Program-made: the position numbers and the translations under genes | Notes under the pieces: model-generated | Databases searched by the model: none | What the model was told of the DNA's origin: nothing | Seen by the model: the letters and a program-made list of their open reading frames with translations, nothing else | In this document: positions 9,031 to 19,283 of the stretch, piece after piece | Layout: the number at the start of each line of letters is the position of its first letter | Position numbering within the stretch: position 1 is the stretch's first letter | DNA from: Candidatus Dormiibacterota bacterium | Lineage (GTDB): Bacteria; Chloroflexota; Dormibacteria; Aeolococcales; Aeolococcaceae | Length of the DNA stretch: 64,000 nucleotides | Direction of reading: 5' to 3' | NCBI GenBank assembly: GCA_963718525.1 | Contig: OY970355.1 | Location: forward strand, 3,272,190-3,336,189

Positions 9031-11784
9031 TCAGTTCCTCGCGATGGGCGTCATGTCCCCCCAGTTGTCGCCGACCTTGACGTCAACATCGAGGGGGACC
9101 TTGAGCGCCTCGGCGGCGCCCATGCGATCCCGGAGCAGCGCGACCACGTCGTCGACCTCCTCCGCCGGGGCCTCGAGCAGCAGCTCGTCGTGGACCTGGA
9201 GGAGGATCCGGCTGCGCAGGCCCGCCTCGCTCAGCGCGTGGTCGACCAGGATCATTGCCTGCTTCATGATGTCGGCGGCGCCACCCTGAATCGGCATGTT
9301 CACCGCCATGCGCTCGGCGGCGAAACGGAGCTGGCGGTTGGCGGCGCGGATGTCGGCGATGTAGCGACGCCGCCCGATGAACGTCTCCACCCAGCCGTAC
9401 TCCCGCGCATGATTGCGCACCCCCTCGAGGTAGACGGTGACCGCGGGAAAATTGCGGAAATACGCATCGATGAACGCATGCGCGTCCTCGCGGCTCATGC
9501 CCGTGTCGCGCGCGAGACCGAAGTCGCTCAGCCCATAGACCACGCCGAAATTGACCACCTTGGCGATGCGGCGCATGTCGGGGGTCACCGCCTCGGGTTC
9601 GACCCCGTAGACCTCGGCAGCGGTGCGCCGGTGGATGTCCTCGCCGCGCTGGAACGCTTCGATCAACTCCGTTTCGCCGGTGACGTGCGCGAGCACGCGG
9701 AGCTCGACCTGGGAGTAGTCGGCGCTGACCAGGCGCTGGCCGCGGTCCGCATGGAACGCACGCCGGATCCGCTGTCCCCACTGCGTGCGCACGGGGATGT
9801 TCTGCAGGTTCGGATCCGAGGACGACAAACGCCCGGTGGTCGCGACCGCCTGATTGAACGACGTGTGCACACGTGAGTCGGCGGTGCACAGGAGCGGCAG
9901 CGCATCGACATACGTGCTCTTCAGCTTGGTGAGCTGCCGCCATTCGAGGACCAGATCGACGATGGGATGCTCGCCGCGCAGGGCTTCGAGGGTGTCGGCG
10001 TCGGTGCTCCGTCCGGTCTTGGTCTTTCGCCCGCTGGCGAGACCGAGGTCGTCGTAGAGAAAGCGCCCGAGCTGCTGCGTGCTTCCGGGGTTGAACGTGT
10101 ACCCGGCGACCTCCTGCACCTCGTTCTCGATCTCGGTGATGCGCGTGTGCATCTCGGCGCTGATCGATCCGAGCAGGTCGCAATCGACGGCAACTCCCTC
10201 CACCTCCATCGCGGCGAGGATGGGGATCAGGGGCAGCTCCATGGTGTCATGGAGCTGCGTGGCGTTCGCTCGCTCCATGGCGCTGATCAACTTCTCGCCA
10301 ACCGGGTCGATCAGGCCGACCCACACGCCGTAGTACGCTGCGGCCTCCTCCACCGGAACGTCTGCGATGCCGCGTTTGCCCCTGCCGCTCCCGAGCAGCG
10401 TCTCCTCCGCCTCGACGCTCAACAGGGCAAGGTCGTGCGCCAGAACCGGCAGTGTCGGAACCTTGAGCCGCGAATTGGTGAGGTACGCGGCGAGCAGCGC
10501 ATCGAACCGCAGTCCCTGAATGGCGATGCCACGCCGCCGCCATCCGAGGAGTTCGCGCTTGAGGTCGTAGCCGCGTTTGGCAATAGTGCTGTCGACGAGC
10601 ACCTCTTCCAGGGCGGTGATCGCCGCCGGATCAGCATTGCGCTCCAGCCCCGCATGCCACACCGGCATGTAATAGGCGATGTCCTCACCCTTCGGGGCGA
10701 ACGCGACGCCGATCATGTCGCCGGTTCGCGGATTGCCGTCGATCACCGTGCGCAGGTTCATGGCACCGGCCGCGCGTATGCGCTGCAGGGCGTCAGCGGC
10801 TTGATGCGCATCGACGACGAGTTCGACGTCGGTCGCCGGCGACTGGAGATCTCCAGGCAGGGCTGGCGCATCGTTCGCGGATGGTGGGCGTGCCGGCGCC
10901 GCGCCGTCCTCAACAACGCGTCCGGGGAGGCGCGGCAGGAGGCTGCGAAACTCGAGACGGTCGAACAATTCGCGCACTGCGGATTCGTCGTAGTTGAAGA
11001 GGCGCGCACCCTCGAGGGGGAGGTCGACGTCCACGTCAACCTTGATGGTCGCGGTCCATTTGCTCAACCGCGCTTGCTCCATGTGGCTTTCCAGCGCGCG
11101 CTGCACGCGGCCCGGCGGCATTGTCGGCACCGCTGCGAGCACGTTCTCGAGCGGTCCGTACTGCTGCACCAACGACATGGCGGTCTTCTCACCGATCCCC
11201 GGGACACCGGGGATGTTGTCGCTCGGATCCCCTTGCAGCGCCTTGAAATCGACGACCAGCGGCGGTTCGAAGCCGTATCGTTCGCGCACCTTGTCGAGGT
11301 CGTAGATGATCGTGTCGCTGAGACCGCGCCGGCTTGCGAAGACGCGGATGTGCTCGGTGACGAGCTGGAGCACATCGAGGTCGCCCGTCAGGATGATGAC
11401 GTCGAGTCCCGCGGCTTCAGCCTTTTGCGCCAGCGTGCCGATGACGTCATCGGCCTCGAAGGTCGGGATCTCGACGATGGGGATGCCGAGCGCCTCCACC
11501 ACCTCACGCGCCCACGGAAACTGGGCACGTAGCTCGTCCGGGGCGCGCTGGCGTTGCGCCTTGTACTCCGCGAACTTCTCGTGCCGAAAGGTCGGTCCTG
11601 GAGGATCGAACGCCGCGATGGCATACGTCGGCATGGTGTCGTTCAGCGCCTTGAAGAGCATCGACGTGAAGCCGTACGCGGCGTTGGTCATCTCGCCCCG
11701 GCTGTTGCTCAGTGCGGGCATCGCGTGGAACGCGCGGTACACGAGATTGTGTCCATCCACCAGCAACAGGGTCTCGCGAGCCAC
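9031..11784 (-). CDS. polA: DNA polymerase I
   Basis: 5'-3' exonuclease motifs (DGHNLVYRAFHA, EADDVIG, GDPSDNIPGV); polymerase motifs ADYSQVELR, AKVVNFGVVYG, QVHDEL. Confidence 0.97.
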   Translation of the reverse strand: MARETLLLVDGHNLVYRAFHAMPALSNSRGEMTNAAYGFTSMLFKALNDTMPTYAIAAFDPPGPTFRHEKFAEYKAQRQRAPDELRAQFPWAREVVEALGIPIVEIPTFEADDVIGTLAQKAEAAGLDVIILTGDLDVLQLVTEHIRVFASRRGLSDTIIYDLDKVRERYGFEPPLVVDFKALQGDPSDNIPGVPGIGEKTAMSLVQQYGPLENVLAAVPTMPPGRVQRALESHMEQARLSKWTATIKVDVDVDLPLEGARLFNYDESAVRELFDRLEFRSLLPRLPGRVVEDGAAPARPPSANDAPALPGDLQSPATDVELVVDAHQAADALQRIRAAGAMNLRTVIDGNPRTGDMIGVAFAPKGEDIAYYMPVWHAGLERNADPAAITALEEVLVDSTIAKRGYDLKRELLGWRRRGIAIQGLRFDALLAAYLTNSRLKVPTLPVLAHDLALLSVEAEETLLGSGRGKRGIADVPVEEAAAYYGVWVGLIDPVGEKLISAMERANATQLHDTMELPLIPILAAMEVEGVAVDCDLLGSISAEMHTRITEIENEVQEVAGYTFNPGSTQQLGRFLYDDLGLASGRKTKTGRSTDADTLEALRGEHPIVDLVLEWRQLTKLKSTYVDALPLLCTADSRVHTSFNQAVATTGRLSSSDPNLQNIPVRTQWGQRIRRAFHADRGQRLVSADYSQVELRVLAHVTGETELIEAFQRGEDIHRRTAAEVYGVEPEAVTPDMRRIAKVVNFGVVYGLSDFGLARDTGMSREDAHAFIDAYFRNFPAVTVYLEGVRNHAREYGWVETFIGRRRYIADIRAANRQLRFAAERMAVNMPIQGGAADIMKQAMILVDHALSEAGLRSRILLQVHDELLLEAPAEEVDDVVALLRDRMGAAEALKVPLDVDVKVGDNWGDMTPIARN

Positions 11785-11851
11785 AGCGGTCCATGGTAGC
11801 GGCGAGGCCGGTATGTCCTCGGCAACGCACCTCCGGGGTTATGATCGAGGC

Positions 11852-12382
11852 ATGGCCGACCTGGTGGAAATGACCGTCGACAGCATCAGGGTGCACATGC
11901 CGACCGGCCAGCACGTCGTCATCCTCAAGGAGAAGACGGCTGACCGCTACCTTCCGATCTGGATCGGCATCAACGAGGCCAACGCCATCGCGCTGAAGAT
12001 CACCGGGATCACCCCGGAGCGGCCGATCACCCACGACCTGCTCGCCAATCTCCTCAGCGCCGTCGACGTCACCGTCGAGCGGATCGTGGTCACGTCCCTG
12101 AGCAACGAGGTGTTCTACGCGCGGATCCTCGCTCAGGTCGACGGCCGGCGCCTGGAGATCAACTCGCGACCCTCGGACGCGATCGCCGTCGCGGTGCGAG
12201 TCGGAGCGGGCATCTTCGTCGCCGACGAGGTGCTGGACAAGGCCGGCGTCCTCCCGGAGGCGGACAAGGACGGCGATCTCACCGAGGCGGATCCCGAAAG
12301 CGAGGAGCGGCTCGCCAAGATTCGCGACTGGGTGAACACGCTCAACCTGCCGGACCTCGGTACCGGGGCCTCGGAGAGCTGA
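11852..12382 (+). CDS. Bifunctional nuclease (DUF151/BFN) family protein
   Basis: LPIWIG..EA, RPITHDL, SRPSDAIA motifs; TATGAT 6 nt before the ATG. Confidence 0.9.
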   Translation: MADLVEMTVDSIRVHMPTGQHVVILKEKTADRYLPIWIGINEANAIALKITGITPERPITHDLLANLLSAVDVTVERIVVTSLSNEVFYARILAQVDGRRLEINSRPSDAIAVAVRVGAGIFVADEVLDKAGVLPEADKDGDLTEADPESEERLAKIRDWVNTLNLPDLGTGASES

Positions 12383-12388
12383 CTCTGC

Positions 12389-13957
12389 TCAGGCCCTGAA
12401 GAGCGACCAGAACCCGGGGTCCTCAAAACCGAGGCGCCAGGCGGCGATACCGGCGAGGCCGTACGTGTGGACGAGCGCAACCTTGCGAGCCAGGCTGTCG
12501 GCGTCGTCGAAGTAGCTGATGAGGGAATTGTTCGGCTGGACGATGAAGGGTGTCTGCGCGCTGAAGTCATAGTCGACCCTCGCTCCCGGCATGGACAGCG
12601 CGTTGTACAGGATGTTCGAGTACGCGGATGCGCCCCCGAAGCTCCCCCAGGCACGCCCATAGAGCGGAACCCCGAGGAGCACGTGGGCCGGGTTGAGATC
12701 CGGCAGCGTCGCCTCGAGGATCGCGCGGTCCCAGTCCAGTCCGGCGACGGGGCCGGGCGTTCCCCCATCACCGTGCTGGTCATAGGCCATCAGATCCACG
12801 TAGTCGGCCGCCTTCCCAATCGCCGCGATGTCATAGGCGGCGGAGTACGGGTTCACCCCGGCGAAATCGTGCGGGACCACGTCGACGATCAGCTTGGCGC
12901 CGTGGGCGTGGACCGCGGTCGCGAGCTGCTGGACGAACGCGGTGAAGGGCGCCTTGTCGGCGGTGAGCATTCCCTCGAAGTCGACGTTGATGCCCTTGTA
13001 GCCGTCGAATCGGATGGCGGCGACCATCTCATTGATCAGGACGCTGGTCGCATGCGGGTTGTTGAGCAGCTGATCGGTGGCCGTCGGATTCGTGGAGTCA
13101 TTTGCCAGCGACGGCCAGATGGGCAGACCCGCAGCTCCGGCGCGCCCCACCGCGGACTGATCGGGGGTGCCGAGGATCGACCCGTCTGCCTGTGGTTGCC
13201 AGCCGAGCGGCGTGACCTGGGTGACCGCGCCGAGGTGAAAGGCGAACGACGTGTTCGACGCCGAGGTGTTGATCACGAACGCGTCAACAGGGATGCCCGC
13301 GACGCTCGGAGCTGCGGGCACCGTCACACGCCGAACGCCGTGTCGAGGGATCCCCACCAGGGAGAGCGCGATCCCCGGGTCGAGGTGCGACTCGCCGGCC
13401 GTGGGGATGGTCGACGGCAGCGTGATCGACGCCGGCGGTCTGCCGCTCCAGCTGACCCGCGCGTGGGTCCCGTCGATCCACGTGATCGTGGCGCCGGGGA
13501 GCGCCGCAGCCACGGCCGTCTGGTCCGGGGCGTCGTCGAAGACCGCGTCGACCACCAACCCGCTGGCTGGATCGATGTGTGCCGCCACCATGGCGGCCGT
13601 TGGGGCAATCACCGTGAAAGCGAAGCTCTGGGTGCCGAGGCCGGCGACCGCGACCGACAGGTGATGACTGGAGGACAGCGGAAGTGGTTTGACCGTCGCC
13701 AGCAGGTCCTGGTTCCGGCTGGCGAGCGCCAGATGATTCCCGTCGAGGGTCGCACTGACGTCCGAAGCCTGAAGGGGAGCACCCGTGGCGTGCAGGCGGA
13801 GATCCAGGTTGGGCGGCACGTCGGCCGAGCCCGAACGCAGTCCGACCCCTCCGACGGTGATCACGACGTAGCCGTAGTTGGGCGGTGAGCCGAACCCGCT
13901 GAAGCTGCAGCCGGAGACCAGCAGCGCCACAGCCAGGCACGCCAGGCGGCGGTGCAT
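12389..13957 (-). CDS. Lipoprotein with C-terminal GH18 (chitinase-like/YaaH-type) domain
   Basis: Lipobox LLVSGC, catalytic-type motif DGYKGINVDFE, LMAYDQH, LGVPLYG, GIAAWRLGFED. Confidence 0.85.
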   Translation of the reverse strand: MHRRLACLAVALLVSGCSFSGFGSPPNYGYVVITVGGVGLRSGSADVPPNLDLRLHATGAPLQASDVSATLDGNHLALASRNQDLLATVKPLPLSSSHHLSVAVAGLGTQSFAFTVIAPTAAMVAAHIDPASGLVVDAVFDDAPDQTAVAAALPGATITWIDGTHARVSWSGRPPASITLPSTIPTAGESHLDPGIALSLVGIPRHGVRRVTVPAAPSVAGIPVDAFVINTSASNTSFAFHLGAVTQVTPLGWQPQADGSILGTPDQSAVGRAGAAGLPIWPSLANDSTNPTATDQLLNNPHATSVLINEMVAAIRFDGYKGINVDFEGMLTADKAPFTAFVQQLATAVHAHGAKLIVDVVPHDFAGVNPYSAAYDIAAIGKAADYVDLMAYDQHGDGGTPGPVAGLDWDRAILEATLPDLNPAHVLLGVPLYGRAWGSFGGASAYSNILYNALSMPGARVDYDFSAQTPFIVQPNNSLISYFDDADSLARKVALVHTYGLAGIAAWRLGFEDPGFWSLFRA

Positions 13958-14009
13958 TGCCTCGCAGTCTAGAGAAGGATGTGCTCGATACGATCGAGCA
14001 AGCCCGGAC

Positions 14010-14933
14010 TCAGCGGGTTGTGAGCGTCAGCTCCGCGGTCAGGGGCGGGCTCCCGGGGGCGGTGAAGTTGGCCGGGATTGTGGCGATGACGTGGATCTCG
14101 GTCCCGGGGGCCAGGCCCGCTGGAACCTGGAAGGTCAGGAGCGGCCCGGCCGATCCCCCGAATTGGAGCCCGGAACCAGCCCCGTTCGCGCCGGCGGCCA
14201 CTGGTGTCTGCACGGATCCAGCGGCCGCCGGGTTGGCCGGCACATTCAGGGTCGTGCCCACCTGGACCGACACGCACGGGAGCACCGCACGCGCGACCGG
14301 GCTCGTCGATGCCGCTCCCGGAATCGCGGCCTCCGGAACAGGAGCCGAGAACTGCGCGTAGACGACCGCCTGCTGGCCTGGGGTCACCTGAAGTGACGTC
14401 GCGGCGAGCACCAGGTGGAGCGCCGGTTGGGCCGGGTCGGTGGCCAGGTTCTCCTGGGTGAAGCCGGGAGGCGGCGACGCGCCGGCGATGTTCGTGTACG
14501 CGTGCGTACAGGCCGCCGCTGCCGCAGGCTGCGGCAGCGAAGAACCAGGCGTTGCGACCGCGGAGGTCGCCACCGAGCCACCGCCGCCGACGCCGTGAAC
14601 GACCGCGACGATCAGGAGAACGACCGCAACCCCGCCGGCCAGCGCAGTCGCCGGAAAGCGACGCAACAGGCCGAGGTTGATCCGGCTCCATCCGAGACGG
14701 TGCTCGGGGGAACGCTCGGCGACCGGTGCAGTCGACGGGAGATGCACGACGTGGGGCATTCGCGCCTTGGGCAGCTCGTGCAGGGCTTCGATCGTGGTCC
14801 GGAACTCCGCATAAGCGGTGGCGCACGGCTCGCACGACTGCATGTGTGCTCGGAACCTCGCCTCATCGATGGGCGAGAGCTCGTCCTCGTAAGCGGAGGT
14901 GAACAGATCGTCGAGGTGGCGGCGCGGGGTCAT
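14010..14933 (-). CDS. Zinc-binding membrane anti-sigma factor (ZAS)
   Basis: H-x3-C-x2-C (HMQSCEPC), single TM helix, extracellular domain; ATGA overlap with the sigma gene. Confidence 0.85.
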   Translation of the reverse strand: MTPRRHLDDLFTSAYEDELSPIDEARFRAHMQSCEPCATAYAEFRTTIEALHELPKARMPHVVHLPSTAPVAERSPEHRLGWSRINLGLLRRFPATALAGGVAVVLLIVAVVHGVGGGGSVATSAVATPGSSLPQPAAAAACTHAYTNIAGASPPPGFTQENLATDPAQPALHLVLAATSLQVTPGQQAVVYAQFSAPVPEAAIPGAASTSPVARAVLPCVSVQVGTTLNVPANPAAAGSVQTPVAAGANGAGSGLQFGGSAGPLLTFQVPAGLAPGTEIHVIATIPANFTAPGSPPLTAELTLTTR

Positions 14934-15505
14934 GCGTGCTCCTCAGCGAAACCGGGCTGCGCGGCCGTCCCCCGGAGCGCCTTGGCAAGCATCAATCGCG
15001 CCCGGTTGAGCCGCGACTTGACCGTGCCGATGGGGATGTGGAGCGCCGCGGACATCTCCTCGTAGCTCAGCTCGTTGACGTCTCTGAGGACGACCACCGC
15101 GCGGAAGTCAGGCTGCAGCGTCAGGAGCGCCAGCCGGACTGCCGCCACGCGCTCCCGGGCAAGGGCGCTCGCCTCCGGTCCCAGGCCTGGGTCCGGCAAT
15201 TCGACGATGTTTCCCTCGGCATCCTCGAGGGGATCAGCGGGCTTACGGATGCCGCGTCGCTGAATGTCGTGACTGCAGTTGATCGCGACCCGGAAGAGCC
15301 ATGCACGGATGGTGTGTCCGCGAAGCACGGGAATCCGCACGTAGGCGCGAAGGAAGGTTTCCTGAACGACGTCTGCGGCGTCCGCGGGGGTCCCGAGAAT
15401 CCTGAGTGCCATCGTGTAGAGCTCATCCTGGTGGCGAGTGACAATTGCGGCAAAGGCGTCGCGGTCGCCGCGGCGTGCCCGCTCGAGGAGCGCCTCGTCG
15501 TCCAT
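14930..15505 (-). CDS. ECF RNA polymerase sigma factor
   Basis: Region 2 DAADVVQETFL/AWLFRVAIN; region 4 LSYEEMS...GTVKSRLNRAR. Confidence 0.93.
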   Translation of the reverse strand: MDDEALLERARRGDRDAFAAIVTRHQDELYTMALRILGTPADAADVVQETFLRAYVRIPVLRGHTIRAWLFRVAINCSHDIQRRGIRKPADPLEDAEGNIVELPDPGLGPEASALARERVAAVRLALLTLQPDFRAVVVLRDVNELSYEEMSAALHIPIGTVKSRLNRARLMLAKALRGTAAQPGFAEEHA

Positions 15506-15570
15506 GCATCTGAGGGTACGCGCGGGAGGGCATTCCGGTTCCCGGCATGGCCCGGTACGCTGTCACCCTG

Positions 15571-15653
15571 GCCGGGGTGGCGGAATGGTAGACGCAGCGG
15601 TCTCAAAAACCGCCGAGGGCAACCTCGTGAGGGTTCGACTCCCTCTCCCGGCA
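15571..15653 (+). tRNA. tRNA-Leu (CAA), CCA not encoded
   Basis: Acceptor GCCGGGG/TCCCGGC with discriminator A, D-loop TGGTAGA, anticodon arm GCGGT-CTCAAAA-ACCGC, long variable arm, T-loop GTTCGACTC. Confidence 0.96.
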
Positions 15654-15663
15654 CGTTGGGCTC

Positions 15664-15681
15664 ACGCGTGCAAACACGCGT
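15664..15681. terminator. Hairpin after tRNA-Leu
   Basis: ACGCGTG-CAAA-CACGCGT perfect stem; no U-tract. Confidence 0.35.
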
Positions 15682-15715
15682 CCGCCCGGCACGGTACGCA
15701 CTGCCCTGTCCAGCA

Positions 15716-16471
15716 TTATCGTTCGGAGAGGAACGCGGCGATCGCGGTGCCGAGCTCGGGCGCGTTGAACGCGCTCTCATGACCGCCCGGCACGCGGATG
15801 AATCGAGCATTGGGCAGGAGCGCGGCCAGCTCGTCGGCATCAGCGCGCTCATCCTGATCGCCGATCGCGACAAGCGTCGGGGTCGTTATCCGGTGCAGTG
15901 CATCCTCGGGCGTCGGGACGAGCGACTCCATCATGCACACCAGGGCCCGAGGGTCGGCGCCCAGCTTGGAGATCCCGTCCGCCATGCGCGCGTCGGAAGA
16001 ATCAGGCTCGATCGCGACACCGTCGACCAGCGCAGTGAGCACACGATGAGTCGTCCCGGCGCTCTGGGGGCCGCTCACCTTGGCCAGTCCCTGTCCGGCA
16101 ACAATCGCGCGGCTCGGCTTGGCACCCCGCGCGAGCATGCGCACCACGATCCGCGCCCCGAGCGAGTAACCACCAAGGTCGTAGTCCCCATCGCCGAGCC
16201 CAAGATGCTCGACGAGCGCAAGCCCATCGTCAGCCAGCACGTCGCGCGGATACGACGCAGGATCGTGGGGCTTTGCGCTCGCTCCGTGGCCGCGCAAGTC
16301 CGGAAGCACGACGCGATACCCCTGCTTGGTGAGCGCGTCGACCTTGCCCTGCTCGAGCCAGTGCGAACCCGCGCCCATGAAGCCGTGCAGCAGGATCAGG
16401 GGTCTGCCGGACCCGATCTCAGCGTAAGCAAGGTCGACGCCGTCTCGGCCAACGAACCGATGAGCGCCCAT
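15716..16471 (-). CDS. Alpha/beta fold hydrolase
   Basis: LLHGFMG, PDLRGHG, nucleophile elbow GYSLG, C-terminal GGH; TACGAT upstream of ATG 16471. Confidence 0.9.
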   Translation of the reverse strand: MGAHRFVGRDGVDLAYAEIGSGRPLILLHGFMGAGSHWLEQGKVDALTKQGYRVVLPDLRGHGASAKPHDPASYPRDVLADDGLALVEHLGLGDGDYDLGGYSLGARIVVRMLARGAKPSRAIVAGQGLAKVSGPQSAGTTHRVLTALVDGVAIEPDSSDARMADGISKLGADPRALVCMMESLVPTPEDALHRITTPTLVAIGDQDERADADELAALLPNARFIRVPGGHESAFNAPELGTAIAAFLSER

Positions 16472-16516
16472 GTCGTGTCGATCGTAAGCCATCCAAATCG
16501 AAGGTCGGACGATCTT

Positions 16517-16535
16517 TCCCTCTCCGGGCATGTTG
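16517..16535 (+). repeat. Degenerate direct repeat of the tRNA-Leu 3' end (att-like)
   Basis: TCCCTCTCCGGGCATGTTG versus TCCCTCTCCCGGCACGTTG at 15640-15658 (17/19 identical). Confidence 0.45.
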
Positions 16536-16638
16536 CGCGCCCGGCACGTCGCGCCCCATGCCGCATCGCGGTGGTATCCGCGCATCGGCGCGAGCGTGCC
16601 GGAACAGTCGCGTTGCACCGCCCTCCTAGCATGATTTC

Positions 16639-18793
16639 GTGAGATCCCGACTGACGATCGTGGCCGTGATCACAGTCGCCGCTCTTGTCGCCGCAGCTGT
16701 CCTGTCAGCCGTCTCCATTCAGACTTCCTATGCCTCGAACCTGAAAACTGAGACATCGAAGCTCGCCGCGACCGCGCAGGTGATTGCAGAGTTGCTCCAC
16801 CAGGAGATGACAGGCGTCGAAGAGGTCGAGCAGGCCACCCTTCGCGAGGTTGACTTCGTGGAGGCGGTGGGTTCGGGCGACCCTCAAGGGAACAACCTAC
16901 AGGAGATCCAGACCGTTCTCGGCGATGTGCAATCACTGCGACCGGAATACCAGTTCGCAGCTCTCGCGAGCACGCCGGGGAACCTGCTCGCGATTGCCCC
17001 AGCCAATCCGTCAATCATCGGCGAGAGTTTTCGATTCCGCGACTGGTACCAGGGCATCGCTCACACCGGCGCAGCATTTGTGTCAACCGGCTATGTGTCG
17101 TCTGCGCAGAGCGCGCCGCTTGTGGTTGCCATCGCAACGCCGATCCGCGCGCCCGCGTTCGATGGGGCGACCGGACCCGAGTCCGGCCCACTGGTCGCCA
17201 TTCTCTTCATCGGCTACAGGATCGGCATGTCACCGTTCCCGTGTCGGGAATCCGCTGGACCGTCAGCACCACGGCCCTTGTTGCGGACACGTTCGCAGCG
17301 TCGAGTCGCAACACCGCCATATTGATCGCCGCCGGTTTGCTGCTGGTGCTCTGCCTCGCGGGGGCCGCAATGATTCTCATGACGCGACGCCTCGAGCGCG
17401 CCAATATTGCGCATGCCGCGCAGACGGCGCAACTGCGCACAGTCCTCGAGGCACTCACCGAGGCGATCCAGGTCTTCGACGCGGACGGCGAACTCGTGAT
17501 TCGGAATACGGCCGCTCTACGCACCGTATGAGCTCATCCCGGAGGAACGCTCCACGGCGGCAGTGCTCCCGAAATGGGAGCTCCTCCGCGAGAACGGGAC
17601 GATCATGTCGGTGGACGATGGCCCGCTCGCCAAGAGCAGAAACAGCGGTGAACCGTCGAAGGACGTCGTCGTCGGGCTCCGGCGGCGCGCGGACGGACTT
17701 GTCAGGTGGCAGTCCATCAGCACCATGCCGATTCGGGGAACGGGCACGAAGACCATGGGCTACGTGTCGTGCGCCCGAGACATCACGGACGGCATCGAGA
17801 TGACCCGCTCCCTTCGCGTGCTCACTCGGGCCGCGCATCAACTGAGCTCTTCCCTCGTACCGGCCGACGTTGGCGCGGCCGTTACCAAGGCGGCGGCCGA
17901 ATTGACCTCGTCGCCGGGCAGTGCCCCGCATCGCGCCGCGGTCCTGATGATCGAAGGCACGACGATGACGGTTACGGGAGCAACCGATGCAGCCGGCTCT
18001 GCCAGTCCGCCGCAGGTCATTCCTGTGGCCGAGCATCCGCATGTTCAGGCGGTCATCGCGTCGAGGGAACCTGTGGTCGCCGAGTTTCAGACCGAGAGGT
18101 GCGGGCCGATTGTCGCGGACATGCTGCGGGCTTCGGGCACCACCAACGGCGCGCTCGTGCCGATGCTGAACGACGCCGGCGTGTTCGGGATCATTGCCGT
18201 CTCCGGTACCCGGCACCTCCTGGTGAATCAGCTGCAGGTCGAGCACCTCAAGAAGTCTTGCGACCATCGGTTCCCTGGCATTCGCCAACGCGTCCGCGCA
18301 CATGCGGGCCGAAGCGCTGGCACGCACCGACCCACTCACCGGAATCGGCAACCGCCGCGTGCTCGCGGACCGCCTCTCGCAGCTCGGCCGCGAGCGCTTC
18401 GCCATCATTGCCATCGACGTCGACGGCCTGAAGTCGGTCAACGACGTCCATGGTCACGCGGCGGGCGATGCACTGCTCTCCGGCCTCGCGACGGCGATGG
18501 TGCAGGAGCTGCGCCCGTCGGACGTGCTGGTGCGGACCGGCGGCGACGAGTTCGTGGCCGTGCTGGTTGATTGCGACGCGCAGGGCGCAGTCCGGTTCGC
18601 GGGCCGGCTGCAGCGCGCGGTCCGGCAGGTTGCGTTCACGTGGGGGGTGCCGAGCATCAGCATCGGGACGGCGGCCGGTGCGCCCGGAGACTCCCCGACC
18701 GACGTTGCGAGCTCAGCTGATCACGCGCTCTACGTGGCCAAGGAAGCAGCGCATGCGCGTCGCGACCTGGCCGAGAGCGCAACGGTGTCGTGA
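16639..18793 (+). pseudogene. Cache-PAS-GAF-GGDEF diguanylate cyclase, split over four frames
   Basis: TM plus Cache motifs (FRDWYQG, VVAIATPI), frame break near 17225, second TM and PAS, extra C at 17524-17525, GAF, extra A at 18253-18254, then TDPLTG and RPSD..RTGGDEF. Confidence 0.8.
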
Positions 18794-18962
18794 GTCAGGA
18801 TCCAGGCAAGGTGACCAAGGACGGATTCGGCACGCGGTGGGTGCAGCTGCAGGGCGTGCATCCGGCATTCGCTCAGGCGGTCGCCAACTCCCGCTCGTGG
18901 CACGGCATCATTACCGCAGGACGCGCGACCAGTTCATCACCGATGCATCTGGAGGAACACCA

Positions 18963-19283
18963 ATGCTCATCAGCACCGCCAACGACCTGCCCGGATACGA
19001 GATCACCGAAGTCCTGGGCGAGGTGTTCGGGCTCACGGTTCGCTCTCGGAACATCGGCTCGCAATTCGGCGCGGGACTCAAGTCGCTCATGGGCGGAGAG
19101 CTGAAAGGGATGACCCAGAACCTCGCACAGAGCCGCCAGGAGGTCATCGAGCGCATGTGCGCCGAGGCGACCGCCAAGGGCGGCGACTCCATCGTCGCGA
19201 TGCGGTTCGACACCTCGGAGATGGGTGGGACCTGGACCGAGATCTGCGCCTACGGGACGGCTGTCAAGACCCGAAAGCTCTAA
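18963..19283 (+). CDS. YbjQ/UPF0145 family protein
   Basis: GEVFGLTVRSRN...GGELKG...AMRFD...AYGTAV; GGAGGA ribosome-binding site upstream. Confidence 0.93.
   Translation: MLISTANDLPGYEITEVLGEVFGLTVRSRNIGSQFGAGLKSLMGGELKGMTQNLAQSRQEVIERMCAEATAKGGDSIVAMRFDTSEMGGTWTEICAYGTAVKTRKL

Noticed and set aside
10300-10860. PolA 3'-5' exonuclease domain lacking catalytic acidic residues
   Set aside because: Common in Pol I from many Terrabacteria; not novel.
15571-15653. TTG recoded as Ser (conserved Ser positions in RadA and UvrB read TTG)
   Set aside because: The CAA tRNA has the Leu discriminator A and ordinary Leu features; TCG>TTG transitions explain both cases along with the other CpG changes.
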